Source: Rhodoblastus sp.
GTDB taxonomy: Bacteria > Pseudomonadota > Alphaproteobacteria > Rhizobiales > Beijerinckiaceae
DNA: 64,000 bases
Direction: 5' to 3'
Assembly (NCBI GenBank): GCA_037044955.1
Contig: JBAOHX010000001.1
Span: forward strand, 107,140-171,139
The notes under the pieces were generated by a model, which was given only the letters and a program-made list of their open reading frames with translations, had not been told where the DNA came from and did not search any database. Positions 28,996 through 38,915 of the stretch are shown here, piece by piece (the first letter of the stretch is position 1; each line of letters opens with the position of its first letter). A program made the position numbers and the translations under genes.

Positions 28996-29430
28996 ATGGA
29001 GAGCGGCCGTCGCCCGCAATCCATTCTGTTCTGCTGCACCTTCAACGCCGTTCGCTCGCCGATGGCGGAAGCGATCGCGCGCTATTATTACGGTCGCGAC
29101 GTCTATTTCGCCTCCGCCGGCGTCAAGGCCGGCGAACTCGATCCCTTCGCCGTCGCGGCGATGGACGACATCGGCATCGACATTCAGAAATTCAAACCGC
29201 ACACGTTCGAGGACCTCGAGGATTCGAGCTTCGACCTCATCGTGTCGCTGTCGCCGGAAGCCCACCACAAGGCGCTGGAATTCACGCGCACGCTGGCCGT
29301 CGACGTCGTCTACTGGCCGACCGTCGACCCCACTGCGGTGCAGGGCTCGCGCGAGCAGATGCTCGACGCTTATCGCGCGGTCAGGGATGGGTTGAAGAAG
29401 CGGATTACGGCGTTGCTGTCGCCGACGTGA
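28996..29430 (+). CDS. Low-molecular-weight phosphotyrosine phosphatase / arsenate-reductase-like protein
   Basis: ORF 28996..29430. LMW-PTP P-loop SILFCCTFNAVRSPMAEA (C-X5-R-S). Confidence 0.8.
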   Translation: MESGRRPQSILFCCTFNAVRSPMAEAIARYYYGRDVYFASAGVKAGELDPFAVAAMDDIGIDIQKFKPHTFEDLEDSSFDLIVSLSPEAHHKALEFTRTLAVDVVYWPTVDPTAVQGSREQMLDAYRAVRDGLKKRITALLSPT

Positions 29431-29434
29431 TCAC

Positions 29435-29509
29435 GAATGTCATTCCCGCGAAAGCGGGGAACCAGCCCGGCGCTGCGCCTGGATTCCCGCTTTCGCGGGA
29501 ATGACATTC
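29435..29509. repeat. Nested palindromic REP-like element
   Basis: gaatgtcattcccgcgaaagcgggga ...23 nt... ttcccgctttcgcgggaatgacattc. The ~25-nt arms carry one mismatch, and each arm contains its own cccgc-gaaa-gcggg hairpin. It lies between convergent genes. Confidence 0.7.
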
Positions 29510-29529
29510 GGGGTCGACGCCGACAACGT

Positions 29530-29838
29530 TCAAAACCCCATCGCCCTTAAGCCCGCCGCCGTGGCAAATCCCACCGCGAGCGACGGCAGTTCGCGTCGTG
29601 TGAAGAACATCACGATGGCCGCCGCCGCGACCGCCGCCGTTCCGGCCACGCCCGACTTCAGCGCGATCGGCGCCACCGTCGCGATGAAGATCGATGCGGG
29701 CAGGGCGTCTAGCCCGCGCCGCACGCGCGCCGTCATCGGCACGCGCGCCATCAGCCAGTAGCCGCCGAGCCGCAGCAGGATCGTCACCGCCGCGGTGGCG
29801 AATATGACCGTCCATGGACCGATGGAGGGGCTCATCAT
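29530..29838 (-). CDS. azlD: AzlD family branched-chain amino acid transport protein
   Basis: Tail of ORF 29530..30579 from ATG 29838 (MMSPSIGPWTVIFATAAVTILLRLGGYWL...). 102 aa, hydrophobic, with an ATGA overlap with azlC. Confidence 0.75.
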   Translation of the reverse strand: MMSPSIGPWTVIFATAAVTILLRLGGYWLMARVPMTARVRRGLDALPASIFIATVAPIALKSGVAGTAAVAAAAIVMFFTRRELPSLAVGFATAAGLRAMGF

Positions 29839-30548
29839 TCCTCGTCGATCAGCGCGGCCGACAGCGCGCCGGCGAGCGCGCCGGCGACGATGAACCAGCC
29901 CGGCGCAAACAGCGAGACGACGATGGCGACGAGCCCGGCGATGACCAGCGGCGCGAAACGCTTCGCCCGGCGGACCATCGGCACGGTGAGCGTGGCGAAG
30001 ACGATCGGCAGCACGAGATCGAGCCCGTAGCGCTCGGGACGCGCGACCAGCGCGCCGGCGACGAAGCCGATCGCGGTGACCGCGACCCAGCCGAGATAGA
30101 GCGGCACGTTGGCGCCGATGACCGGCCCGTGGTCGCGCCCGCCGCCCGCATGATGGCGCGCGCCGATGGCGAAACTCGCGTCGGTCAGAAACAGCAGGCT
30201 GGAATAGACGAGGCGCCGGTCGAGCCCTTCGATCCACGGGCGGAATGTCGCGCTCATCAACAGGAAGCGCGCATTGATCGCCGCCGTCACGCCCATCGCC
30301 GCGAGCAGCGCGCCGAGCGTCCAGTCGGGCGTCCAGATCTGCAGCGTCAGCATCTGTGAGGCGCCGGCGTAGACGATGGCGCTCTGGCCGATCGCTTCGG
30401 CGAGCGTCAGCCCCTTCTGGTTCGCGACCGCGCCGACCGCCAGGCCGAAGATCAGCGCTCCGGGCTGGAAGGGCAGGGACTCGACCATTCCGCGCCAGAA
30501 GCCGGCGCGGCTGACATGGGGTTCGGCGCGCGAAGCAGATGTTTCCAT
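29835..30548 (-). CDS. azlC: AzlC family branched-chain amino acid permease component
   Basis: ORF 29835..30614 with ATG 30548. FGLAVGAVA, VYAGASQM and MSATFRPW are AzlC-type motifs. Confidence 0.85.
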   Translation of the reverse strand: METSASRAEPHVSRAGFWRGMVESLPFQPGALIFGLAVGAVANQKGLTLAEAIGQSAIVYAGASQMLTLQIWTPDWTLGALLAAMGVTAAINARFLLMSATFRPWIEGLDRRLVYSSLLFLTDASFAIGARHHAGGGRDHGPVIGANVPLYLGWVAVTAIGFVAGALVARPERYGLDLVLPIVFATLTVPMVRRAKRFAPLVIAGLVAIVVSLFAPGWFIVAGALAGALSAALIDEE

Positions 30549-30663
30549 CGGACGATCTTCGCTCGATACGCGCTCGCATGCTAGATCAGCCCGCATTTGA
30601 GCGAAATTGCTCAAATGCGGGAAAGCTGATCGATTTCAAAATGTGGAGCGCGCGTGTCGCGAA

Positions 30664-31359
30664 ATGCCGGCTTCCGCTTTTTCGCTGCGCGCTCTAGACC
30701 GAATGATGAATGGCCTGTCCGCAGAAGCCGCAGGAGACCTTTCCATCGCGCCGCTCGTACTGTCTCTCGATCATGCCGGCGGCCGCGCCGACATCTGGCT
30801 TGCGCGGCTGAGCGCGCCCGCGCGCGACCTCGGGCCCGCCCGCGCGGCGTTGGCGCGGCGCCTGATCGCATGGCGGACGGGCTGCGACGAGGCCGATGTC
30901 GTCATCGCGCATGACGCGCAAGGCGCGCCAAAAATCGTCGCGCCAAATCCCTCGCTCGCACTGTCGCTCGCCGGGCGTGACGATATCGTCGCGGCCGCTG
31001 TTGCCGACGGCCCCATCGGCGTCGATGTCGAAACGATCGGCGCGCGCTTCGATCCGCCGCTCAACGTGCTGCACCCCGCCGAACGCGCTGCGCTCGCGGC
31101 GGCGGCCGACGCGGATCACGAGCTTTTCCTGCGCATCTGGACCGCCAAGGAGGCCTATGTGAAGGCGCTCGGGACAGGCTTTTCGCGTGAGCCCGAGGAG
31201 ATCGAGATCAGGCCCGACGCTTCGCCGGCGGCCTTTGCCGAACCCGCGCCGCTCGTCATTCGCGACGCCGGCGGTCGCGTCGCGACGCGGCTCGCGCGGT
31301 CGGGTCGAACGAATATCGAGGGTCGGCCGGCCATGCTGTCCTGCGTCGTGCTCGAGTGA
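30664..31359 (+). CDS. 4'-phosphopantetheinyl transferase (Sfp-type)
   Basis: ORF 30607..31359. GVDVE...LHPAERA...FLRIWTAKEAYVKALGTGFS is the PPTase W/KEA signature. The start is uncertain. Confidence 0.75.
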   Translation: MPASAFSLRALDRMMNGLSAEAAGDLSIAPLVLSLDHAGGRADIWLARLSAPARDLGPARAALARRLIAWRTGCDEADVVIAHDAQGAPKIVAPNPSLALSLAGRDDIVAAAVADGPIGVDVETIGARFDPPLNVLHPAERAALAAAADADHELFLRIWTAKEAYVKALGTGFSREPEEIEIRPDASPAAFAEPAPLVIRDAGGRVATRLARSGRTNIEGRPAMLSCVVLE

Positions 31360-31593
31360 GAGCGCCGGGAATGACTTTCGGCACTGGCGCGGCGGGCGGC
31401 GGCTGGTAGCTGCTGTCTGCAGATCGGAGACTTTTCGCTTGCAACGTAAGTCCCCGGCGACGATCATCGGCGCGCTTTCGGTATCCGGTCGACCGGGGGC
31501 GTACTTTTGCCGGGCGTCCGTTTTTCGGACGTTTCATCACTTGAATCGTTGCTGCGGACTCATACGTTGGCGGCGTTGAAACAGGAGTTACCC

Positions 31594-31974
31594 ATGGGCT
31601 TCTTCGGCTCCATCATGAGCAAGATTTTTGGCGTCACCCCGGCCGCTGCCGAGGAGGCAAAGCCGGCTTCCGCCACAGCCGCCGCGCCGGCGGCGCCCCT
31701 CGCGCCGGCCGGTTCGGTCGACGTCGCCGCGATCCTCGACGACCTCGTCGACAAGCACGCCGAGGAGCTCAACTGGCGCGTGTCGATCGTCGACATGATG
31801 AAGGCGCTGGGCCTCGATTCCAGCCTCTCGGCGCGCAAGGATCTCGCCAAGGAGCTGCATTACGACGGCGACACCGGCGACAGCGCCAAGATGAACATCT
31901 GGCTGCACAAGAAGATGATGGAAATGATCGCCGCCAACGGCGGCAAGCTGCCGGACAATATCGCCAAGCACTGA
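31594..31974 (+). CDS. DUF3597 domain-containing protein
   Basis: ATG 31594 is preceded by AGGAG. MGFFGSIMSKIFG, then an Ala/Pro linker, then NWRVSIVDMMKALGLDSSLSARKDLAKEL. Confidence 0.75.
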   Translation: MGFFGSIMSKIFGVTPAAAEEAKPASATAAAPAAPLAPAGSVDVAAILDDLVDKHAEELNWRVSIVDMMKALGLDSSLSARKDLAKELHYDGDTGDSAKMNIWLHKKMMEMIAANGGKLPDNIAKH

Positions 31975-31994
31975 TCGTCCATCGACGGTTCGGG

Positions 31995-32026
31995 AAGCCC
32001 GCGGCGTTCGCGCCGCGGGCTTTTTT
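31995..32026. terminator. Bidirectional rho-independent terminator
   Basis: aagcccgcggcg-ttcg-cgccgcgggctt (12-bp perfect stem) followed by a T-run. It lies between the convergent DUF3597 gene and the carboxylase gene. Confidence 0.8.
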
Positions 32027-32043
32027 GCGTCCCCAGATTTGCG

Positions 32044-35000
32044 TCACCAGGTGTCGACGAACGGCCGCTTGCGCGTCGCGCGCGGCTGCGGCGCCGGGCA
32101 GGAACTCGAGACCGCGGATGATCCAGCGGCGCGTCTCCACGGGATCGATCACCTGATCGATCTCCAGCACCGAGGCGATGTTGGTCGCCTTGCCGACTTC
32201 GTATGATTTCGCGACCATCGACTGGAAGAGCTTTTCGCGCTCCGCGAGGTCTTCCACCGCTTCCAGCTCCTTGCGGAAACCGAGGCGCACCGCGCCTTCG
32301 AGCCCCATGCCGCCGAATTCGCCTGTTGGCCACGAGATCGTGAAGGTTTGCGCGTGAAACCCGCCGCCGGCCATCGCCTGCGCGCCGAGGCCGTAGCCCT
32401 TGCGCAGCACGATGGTGAAATAGGGAATGTCGATCGAGGCGGCCGTCACGAACATGCGGCAGACGTGGCGCACCAGCGCGGTCTTCTCCGCTTCCGGCCC
32501 GACCATGAAGCCCGGCGTGTCGCACAGCGAGACGATGGGAATGTCGAAAGCGTCGCACAATTGCATGAAGCGCGCGGCCTTGTCGGCGGCCTCCGAATCG
32601 ATGGCGCCGCCGAGATGTTTCGGATTGTTGGCGACGAGGCCGAAGGGACGTCCCTCGACGCGGATGAACGCAGTGACGATGCCGGCGCCGAAGCCGCCGC
32701 GCAGTTCGAGCACGGACCCTTCGTCCGCGAGCGCGTGGATGACGTCGCGGATTTCGTAGACGCGCAGCCGGTTTTCCGGAATCGCGCGCCGCAGCAGTCG
32801 CTGGTCGGGCGCGCTCCATGCCGCGACCGGCCCCTGAAAGTAGGAGAGATATTTCTTCGCGGCCGCGCAGGCCTCGACTTCGTCCTCGACCAGAACGTCG
32901 ATCACGCCGTTCGGCCATTGAATGCTGGTGGGGCCGACCTCGTCGGGATGATAGACGCCGAGCCCGCCGCCCTCGATCATCGCCGGCCCGCCCATGCCGA
33001 CGCTCGTGTCCTTCGTGGCGATCACCACGTCGCAGCAGCCGAGCAGCGCCGCATTGCCGGCAAAGCAGCGGCCGGACACGATGCCGACCAGCGGCACGAG
33101 GCCGCTGAGCCTGGCGAATTGCGCGAAGGTCGGCACGTCGAGGCCGGTGACGCCGAGCCGTTCCGTATCGCCTGGCCGCCCGCCGCCGCCTTCGGCAAAC
33201 AGCACGAGCGGAATGCGTTGCCGCTCCGCGATGGTGAAGAGGCGGTCCTGCTTCTTGTGATTGCGCTGCCCCTGCGTGCCGGCGAGCACCATGTAGTCGT
33301 ACGCGACGACCATGGTGCGCGCGCGTTCCGGCCCGAACCTGTCGCCGTTGACGGTCGCGAGCCCCGCCACCACGCCGTCGCCCGGCGTGTTGCGGATGAG
33401 ATCGTCCTTCGAGCGCCGCGCGGCCTGCGCGGCGACGGCGAGCGAGCCATATTCGACGAAGCTGCCATCGTCGACGAGCGCCGCGATATTCTCGCGCGCC
33501 GTGCGATGGTTGGTCTTGCGGCGCTTGGCGACCGCCTCCGCGCGGTTCTCGTCGAGCCCGAACGCCTGTCGCGCCACCACGTCGGCAAGATCAGGCCTGA
33601 TAGCGTCGGGATCGACGTCCACGGCCTGCGTGGAATCCTCCGCGCCGACATCGGCCGGCTCGACGAACAGGATAGGATCGTCCTTGTAGAGCGTGTCGCC
33701 CTTGCGCCCCCTGATCTCGCGCACCACGCCGCCGCAGGGCGCGGTGACGAGGTGCTCCATCTTCATCGCCTCGAGCACGGCGATCTGTTGTCCCGGCCGC
33801 ACCAGCGCGCCTTCCGTCACATCGACCGTCACGATCGTGCCGAGCAGCGGCGCGGAAATCGCCACCGTCCCCTCGGGACCCGCGTGCGTCGTCGCGCGGC
33901 CGGACGGCGCATCGTCGGAGGTCGCGTCGAAATAATAGCGATGGCGTTCCTGCGCGGCGGAGGCCAGCAGTTCGGGCAGATGCGTTTCGATGAAGCGCGT
34001 GTCGATGCGGTTGGCGGCGAAATCGGGATGCGCCAGCAGCGCCTGCAGGAAGGAGATGTTGGTGTCGACGCCGGCGATGCGGAATTCCGCGAGAGCGCGC
34101 AGGGCCTTCGCCACAGCCGTCGCATAATCGGGCGAGGGCGAATGCACGATCAGCTTGGCGATCAGCGAGTTGAAGGCCGCGCCCGTGCGATAGCCTGAAT
34201 ATCCAAATGTATCGACGCGCACGCCGGGACCGGAGGGAATGTCGAAGGCGACGATCTTGCCGCCGCTCGGCAACGCTTCGCCCGCCGCGTTCATCGTTTC
34301 CAGATTGACGCGCGACTGGATGGCGTAGCCGCGCGGCGCGCGCGGTTCGGCAAGGCCGATGTCGTCGAGTGTCGCGCCAGCCGCGACGCGGATCTGCGCC
34401 TGCACGAGATCGACGTCGAATGTCTCCTCGGTCACGGTGTGCTCGACCTGCAGGCGCGGATTGGCCTCGATGAAGGCGAAATAGGCGGCGTCCGAGGAAT
34501 TGCGCGCGTCGACCAGGAATTCGAAGGTTCCGAGATTGTCGTATTTCGCCGCGCGCGCCAGCATCATCGCGGCGCCCGCGATCTTCTCGCGCAGGGCGGG
34601 CGACAGCGACGGGCTCGGCGCAACCTCGATCAGCTTCTGGTTGCGCCGCTGGATCGTGCATTCGCGCTCGCCGAAATGTACGAGCCCGCCGTGTTTGTCG
34701 CCCAGTATCTGTATCTCGATATGCCGCGCGCTTTCGATCAGGCGTTCGGCGTAGAGCGATCCGTCGCCGAAGGCGCTCGCCGCTTCGGATGCGCAGCGCG
34801 CGAAGGCGTCCGCGATCTCGTCCGCGCGCCGCACCGCGCGCATGCCGCGCCCGCCGCCGCCGGATATGGCCTTCAACATGATCGGCGCGTTGATGATGGC
34901 GAAGAAGGCGCGCGCTTCGTCGGCGTCGCGCACGACAGCGCCCTGAATGACCGGCGCATCGACGCTCAGCGCCAGCTCGCGCGCCTTCAGCTTGTCGCCG

Positions 35001-35347
35001 AACAGGTCGAGCGCTTCCGCTGACGGGCCGATGAACGCGATCCCGGCCGCCGCGACGGCGCGGGCGAAGGCGGCGTTCTCGGCGAGAAATCCGTAGCCCG
35101 GATGAATGGCGTCGCAGCCGGTCTCCTGCGCCAGCGCGACGATGCGCGCAATGTCGAGATAGGCCGCCACCCCCGACTTCGGCAGCGCATGCGCCTCGTC
35201 CGCCTTGCGCACATGCAGCGAGGCGGAATCGTCCTGCGAATGGATGGCGACGCTGGCCACGCCCAGCGCCGCCGCCGCGCGCGCGATGCGTATGGCGATC
35301 TCGCCGCGATTGGCGATCAGTATCTTTCGGAATGGCGGACGGGACAT
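32044..35347 (-). CDS. Single-chain acyl-CoA carboxylase (biotin carboxylase + BCCP + carboxyltransferase domains); C-terminal frameshift near 32098-32112
   Basis: ORF 31769..35347. ILIANRGEIAIRIARAA (BC), LEAMKMEH (biotin attachment) and a CT domain. The last ~20 aa, ...CPAPQPRATRKRPFVDTW-stop (TGA at 32044..32046), lie in another frame. The nominal ORF tail runs through the terminator and 200 nt of the convergent gene. Confidence 0.85.
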
Positions 35348-35390
35348 GTCTGTTCGACTCTCGCTTTTCTGTTCTGACGCGACGCGGCGT

Positions 35391-37116
35391 CTAGAGGCCC
35401 AATTCCTTGGCGATCTGCTGCTTGAGCTTGTATTTCTCGACCTTGTTGGTCGGCGTGACCGGCAGCGCCTCGACGAAGCGTATGTGCCTGGGGATCATGT
35501 ATTTCGGCATGACCGCGCGCGCGTGATCGCGAATCTCCGCTTCGGTCGGCTGCTCGCCCGCGACGGGCTGGACGAAGGCGACGATGTCGTCTTCCGAGCC
35601 TTCGGCGGCCGGTATAGGCAGCGCCGCCGTCGCCTGCACCTTGGGATGGCGCGAGATCAGCGCCTCGACCTCGAACGACGAGACATTCTCGCCGCGCACG
35701 CGAAAAAACCCGCCCATGCGGTCGACGAAGCGATAGACGCCCGAGCCGTCGGGAATTTCCGCGCAGGCGTCGCCGGTATGGAACCAGAGATTACGGAACG
35801 TCTTGAGCGTCGCCTCGGGCTTGCGGAAATATTCCTGCAGCAACAGGCCGGGAAAGCGCGGGCGAATGCCGAGCTGCCCGACGACGCCCGGCGCGCATCT
35901 GTTGTCGTCGTCGTCGAGGATCGCGACTTCGAGCAGCGGCGAAGGCTTGCCCATGAAGCCCGTCGGCAGCTTTGCGGCGCCGTCGACCACGAGCACGCCG
36001 AGTTGGTTGCAGAGCTCGCGCATCTGCGTCTTGGAATATCCTTTCCTTGCGGCAGAGCGCGCGCCCTCCTCGTCGCCGAGTTCGTCGATCATGCCGACGA
36101 AGGGATTGCCGGATTCCGTCTGGCCGAAGCCGGCGGTGACGAAATCGATGCCGAAGCGCGTCGCGACCTCGCGATGGTTCGGCGGCAGCGGTTGCATGTG
36201 CACGATGGAGAGCGTGTTGCCGCGGTCGCCGTCGCGGGGCGGCGCGCCGAGCAGCCAGGGCGTCATCACGTCGAGCAGGATGGCGTAGGTGGCGCCGACT
36301 TCCGCGATGCGCTCCCAGAATTGCGTCGGCGAGAAGCGATCCCAGAGCCCGACCGTATTGCCCTTCCACACGGCGCGCGCGAGCAGGGCGAAAGCGCCGC
36401 CGACGTGATAGAGCGGCAGGTCGCAGTAGATGACGTCGTTCTCGCTCGTGAAGGCGCGCAGGAAGAACGTGTACTGGTTGATCCAGCGAAAATTCTGCAG
36501 AACGCCCTTCGAGGGCCCCGTCGTCCCGGACGTATAGACGATATTGGCGAGATCGAAGGGCCCCGGCGAAACCGGCGGCGCCTTGGCGCGATGCGCGCAG
36601 AGGGCCGCGAAATCGAGCAGCGTCGCATCGCCGAAGTCGGAGGGAAATGTCGCGCCGGCATGGTCGTGATCTCCTGCCTTCGGCGTATGGATCACGAGGC
36701 GCGGCGGGCAGGCGCTCGCGCCGATTTCCTCGAGGATTTCGAGGAAGGACGGATCGGTGACGAGCGCCGCCGGCCTGGTGTCGGCGAGCTGGTAGGAAAG
36801 CTGCGGTCCCTTGAAGTTGAAGTTGATCGGCGCAAACAGGCAGCCCGCGCGCCAGATGCCGAACATGGCGATGGCGCTGACCAGCGAATTGCGCGTCAGC
36901 ACGCTGACGGAATCGCCGGGCGCGACGCCGGCCTCCAGCAAACCGCCGGCGAAACGGTCCGTGATCGTCGACGAATTGCGCGAACGTCAGGCGCACGCCG
37001 TCTTCGCCATAGTGGATGAACGTCTTGTCCGGCGTCCGCTTCGCGCATTCGGCGAGCTTGTCGAGCGCGATATCGCCCTGCGCGACCATTTGGGCGAAGG
37101 TCTGTTCGGGCGTCAT
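35391..37116 (-). CDS. AMP-dependent acyl-CoA synthetase/ligase; N-terminal frameshift near 36958-36975
   Basis: ORF 35391..36941 carries YTSGTTGPSKGV, WFHTGD and the VTPTNKVEK end. The N-terminus MTPEQTFAQMVAQGDIALDKLAECAKRTPDKTFIHYGEDGVRLTFAQFV lies in the frame of ORF 35791..37116 and joins ...TDRFAGGLLEAGVAPGDSV. Confidence 0.8.
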
Positions 37117-37125
37117 GGTCCGTTC

Positions 37126-37959
37126 CTATCGTTTGAGCGTCGGATCGAGCGCGATGCGCAGGGATTCGCCGAGCGCGTTGAAGGCGAGCGCCGTGAACAG
37201 GATGGCGAGGCCCGGCGGATACATCTGCTCGGGCGCGACGTCCATCGTCTGGTAGGCGCGCGCCAGCATGGCGCCCCAGCTCGGATTGGGCGGCTGCACG
37301 CCGAGGCCGAGAAAGCTCAGGCTCGCCTCCGCCAGCAGCGCGGCCGCCAGCAGCAGCGTCACCTGCACGATCACCGGCTGCACCGTGTTCGGCAGGACGT
37401 GACGCCACAGGATATGCGGCGTCGAGGCGCCGAAGCAGCGCGCCGCGTCCACGTAGAGTTCGTGCCGCACGACCAGAGTGCGCGCGCGCGCCAGCCGCGC
37501 GAGCTGCGGCGCAAACACGATGCCGACGGCGATCATGCCGTTGGTGAGGCCGATGCCGAGCGCGCCGGTCACCGCGATCGCCAGAACGATCGCCGGGAAG
37601 GAGAGCAGCGTGTCGATCGTGCGCGAGATGACATCGTCGATCCAGCCGCCGAAATAGCCGGCGAGCAGGCCGACGGGCACGCCGAGCAGGATGGCGATCG
37701 CCACCGCGAGGAAGCTCGCGTAGATCGTCGCCGGTGCGCCGTGGATGAGGCGGCTCAATATGTCGCGGCCGAGATCGTCCGTGCCCATCCAGTGCGCGGC
37801 GCTCGGCTCCTGCAGCATCTCGTTGACGTTCTGCGCGGTCGGCGAATAGGGCGAGAGCCAGGGCGCGGCGAAGGCCACGACGACGAGCAGGGCGAGATAG
37901 GCGATCGCCATCGCGGCGCGAACGTCTCGCCGCAGAAACGCGAGAAAGCCGCCGATCAT
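37126..37959 (-). CDS. ABC transporter permease (DppC/OppC-type)
   Basis: Last 277 aa of ORF 37126..39639 from ATG 37959 (MIGGFLAFLRR...). EAA-like region DAARCFGASTPHILWRHVLPN. ATGA overlap with the upstream permease. Confidence 0.9.
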   Translation of the reverse strand: MIGGFLAFLRRDVRAAMAIAYLALLVVVAFAAPWLSPYSPTAQNVNEMLQEPSAAHWMGTDDLGRDILSRLIHGAPATIYASFLAVAIAILLGVPVGLLAGYFGGWIDDVISRTIDTLLSFPAIVLAIAVTGALGIGLTNGMIAVGIVFAPQLARLARARTLVVRHELYVDAARCFGASTPHILWRHVLPNTVQPVIVQVTLLLAAALLAEASLSFLGLGVQPPNPSWGAMLARAYQTMDVAPEQMYPPGLAILFTALAFNALGESLRIALDPTLKR

Positions 37960-38912
37960 CGACCAATCCTCGGATCGACGGCGGCGCACAGCACGTCGGT
38001 AATCAGATTGACCAGAATGACGACGATCACCATGGCGAAGACCACGCCCTGCACGACCGTGAAGTCGCGCTGGATCGCGGCATGCACGATCAGGCCGCCC
38101 ATGCCCGGAATGGCGAAGACGGCCTCGACCACGACGGTTGCGGCGAGCAGGCGATTGAACAGCAGGCCGGTGACGGTCAGCAGGTTGACCGCAATGTTCT
38201 TGAGACCGTGCCGCCAGAGAATGGTCGACGTCGTCAGCCCCTTCGCGCGCAAGGTGCGCACGAATTGCGAGCTCATGACGTCGAGCAGCGCGCCGCGCGT
38301 CTGTCGCGCCACTTCCGCCATGCCGCCCGCAGCCAGCGCCAGCGCGGGCAGCGTCGCATGATAGAGCGCATCGCTTGGCGAAACGGAAAAGGCCGTCGCG
38401 CCCGTCGCGGGAAAAATGTTCCAGCGCAGCGCGAACAGCGAAACGAGGATCATCGCCAGCCAGAAATTCGGCACGGCTATGCCGACCGAGGCGAGCGTCA
38501 TCGCGGCGCGATCGATCAGGCCGTTGGGCCGCGCAGCGGCGGCGGCGCCGAGCGGCACGCCGACGATCAGCGCCAACGCCAGCGCGAGCGCGACGATCAG
38601 CAGCGTGTGCGGGAAGCAGCGCGCGATGGAGGCGACGACATGCTCGCCGGACAGGATGGATTGCGAGAGATCGCCGTGCGACGCTTTCCACAACCACGCG
38701 CCATATTGCACGAGGAACGGCCGGTCGAGGCCGTAGAGCCGGCGGATTTCCTCGATGCGCTGATCGGTGGCGTTGTCGCCGGCGAGCGTCACGGCGACGT
38801 CGCCGGGCAGCAGTTTCAGCAGGCCGAAGACGATGAATGTGGCAAGCACGATGACCGGCGCCGCCTGTAGCAGGCGGCGCCCGATCACGCGCAGCGCGGA
38901 CGATCGCGCCAC
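37956..38912 (-). CDS. ABC transporter permease (DppB/OppB-type)
   Basis: ORF 37956..38912. LLKLLPGD, FVRTLRAKGL, and a BPD_transp_1-type hydrophobic pattern. Confidence 0.9.
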   Translation of the reverse strand: MARSSALRVIGRRLLQAAPVIVLATFIVFGLLKLLPGDVAVTLAGDNATDQRIEEIRRLYGLDRPFLVQYGAWLWKASHGDLSQSILSGEHVVASIARCFPHTLLIVALALALALIVGVPLGAAAAARPNGLIDRAAMTLASVGIAVPNFWLAMILVSLFALRWNIFPATGATAFSVSPSDALYHATLPALALAAGGMAEVARQTRGALLDVMSSQFVRTLRAKGLTTSTILWRHGLKNIAVNLLTVTGLLFNRLLAATVVVEAVFAIPGMGGLIVHAAIQRDFTVVQGVVFAMVIVVILVNLITDVLCAAVDPRIGR

Positions 38913-38915
38913 CGG

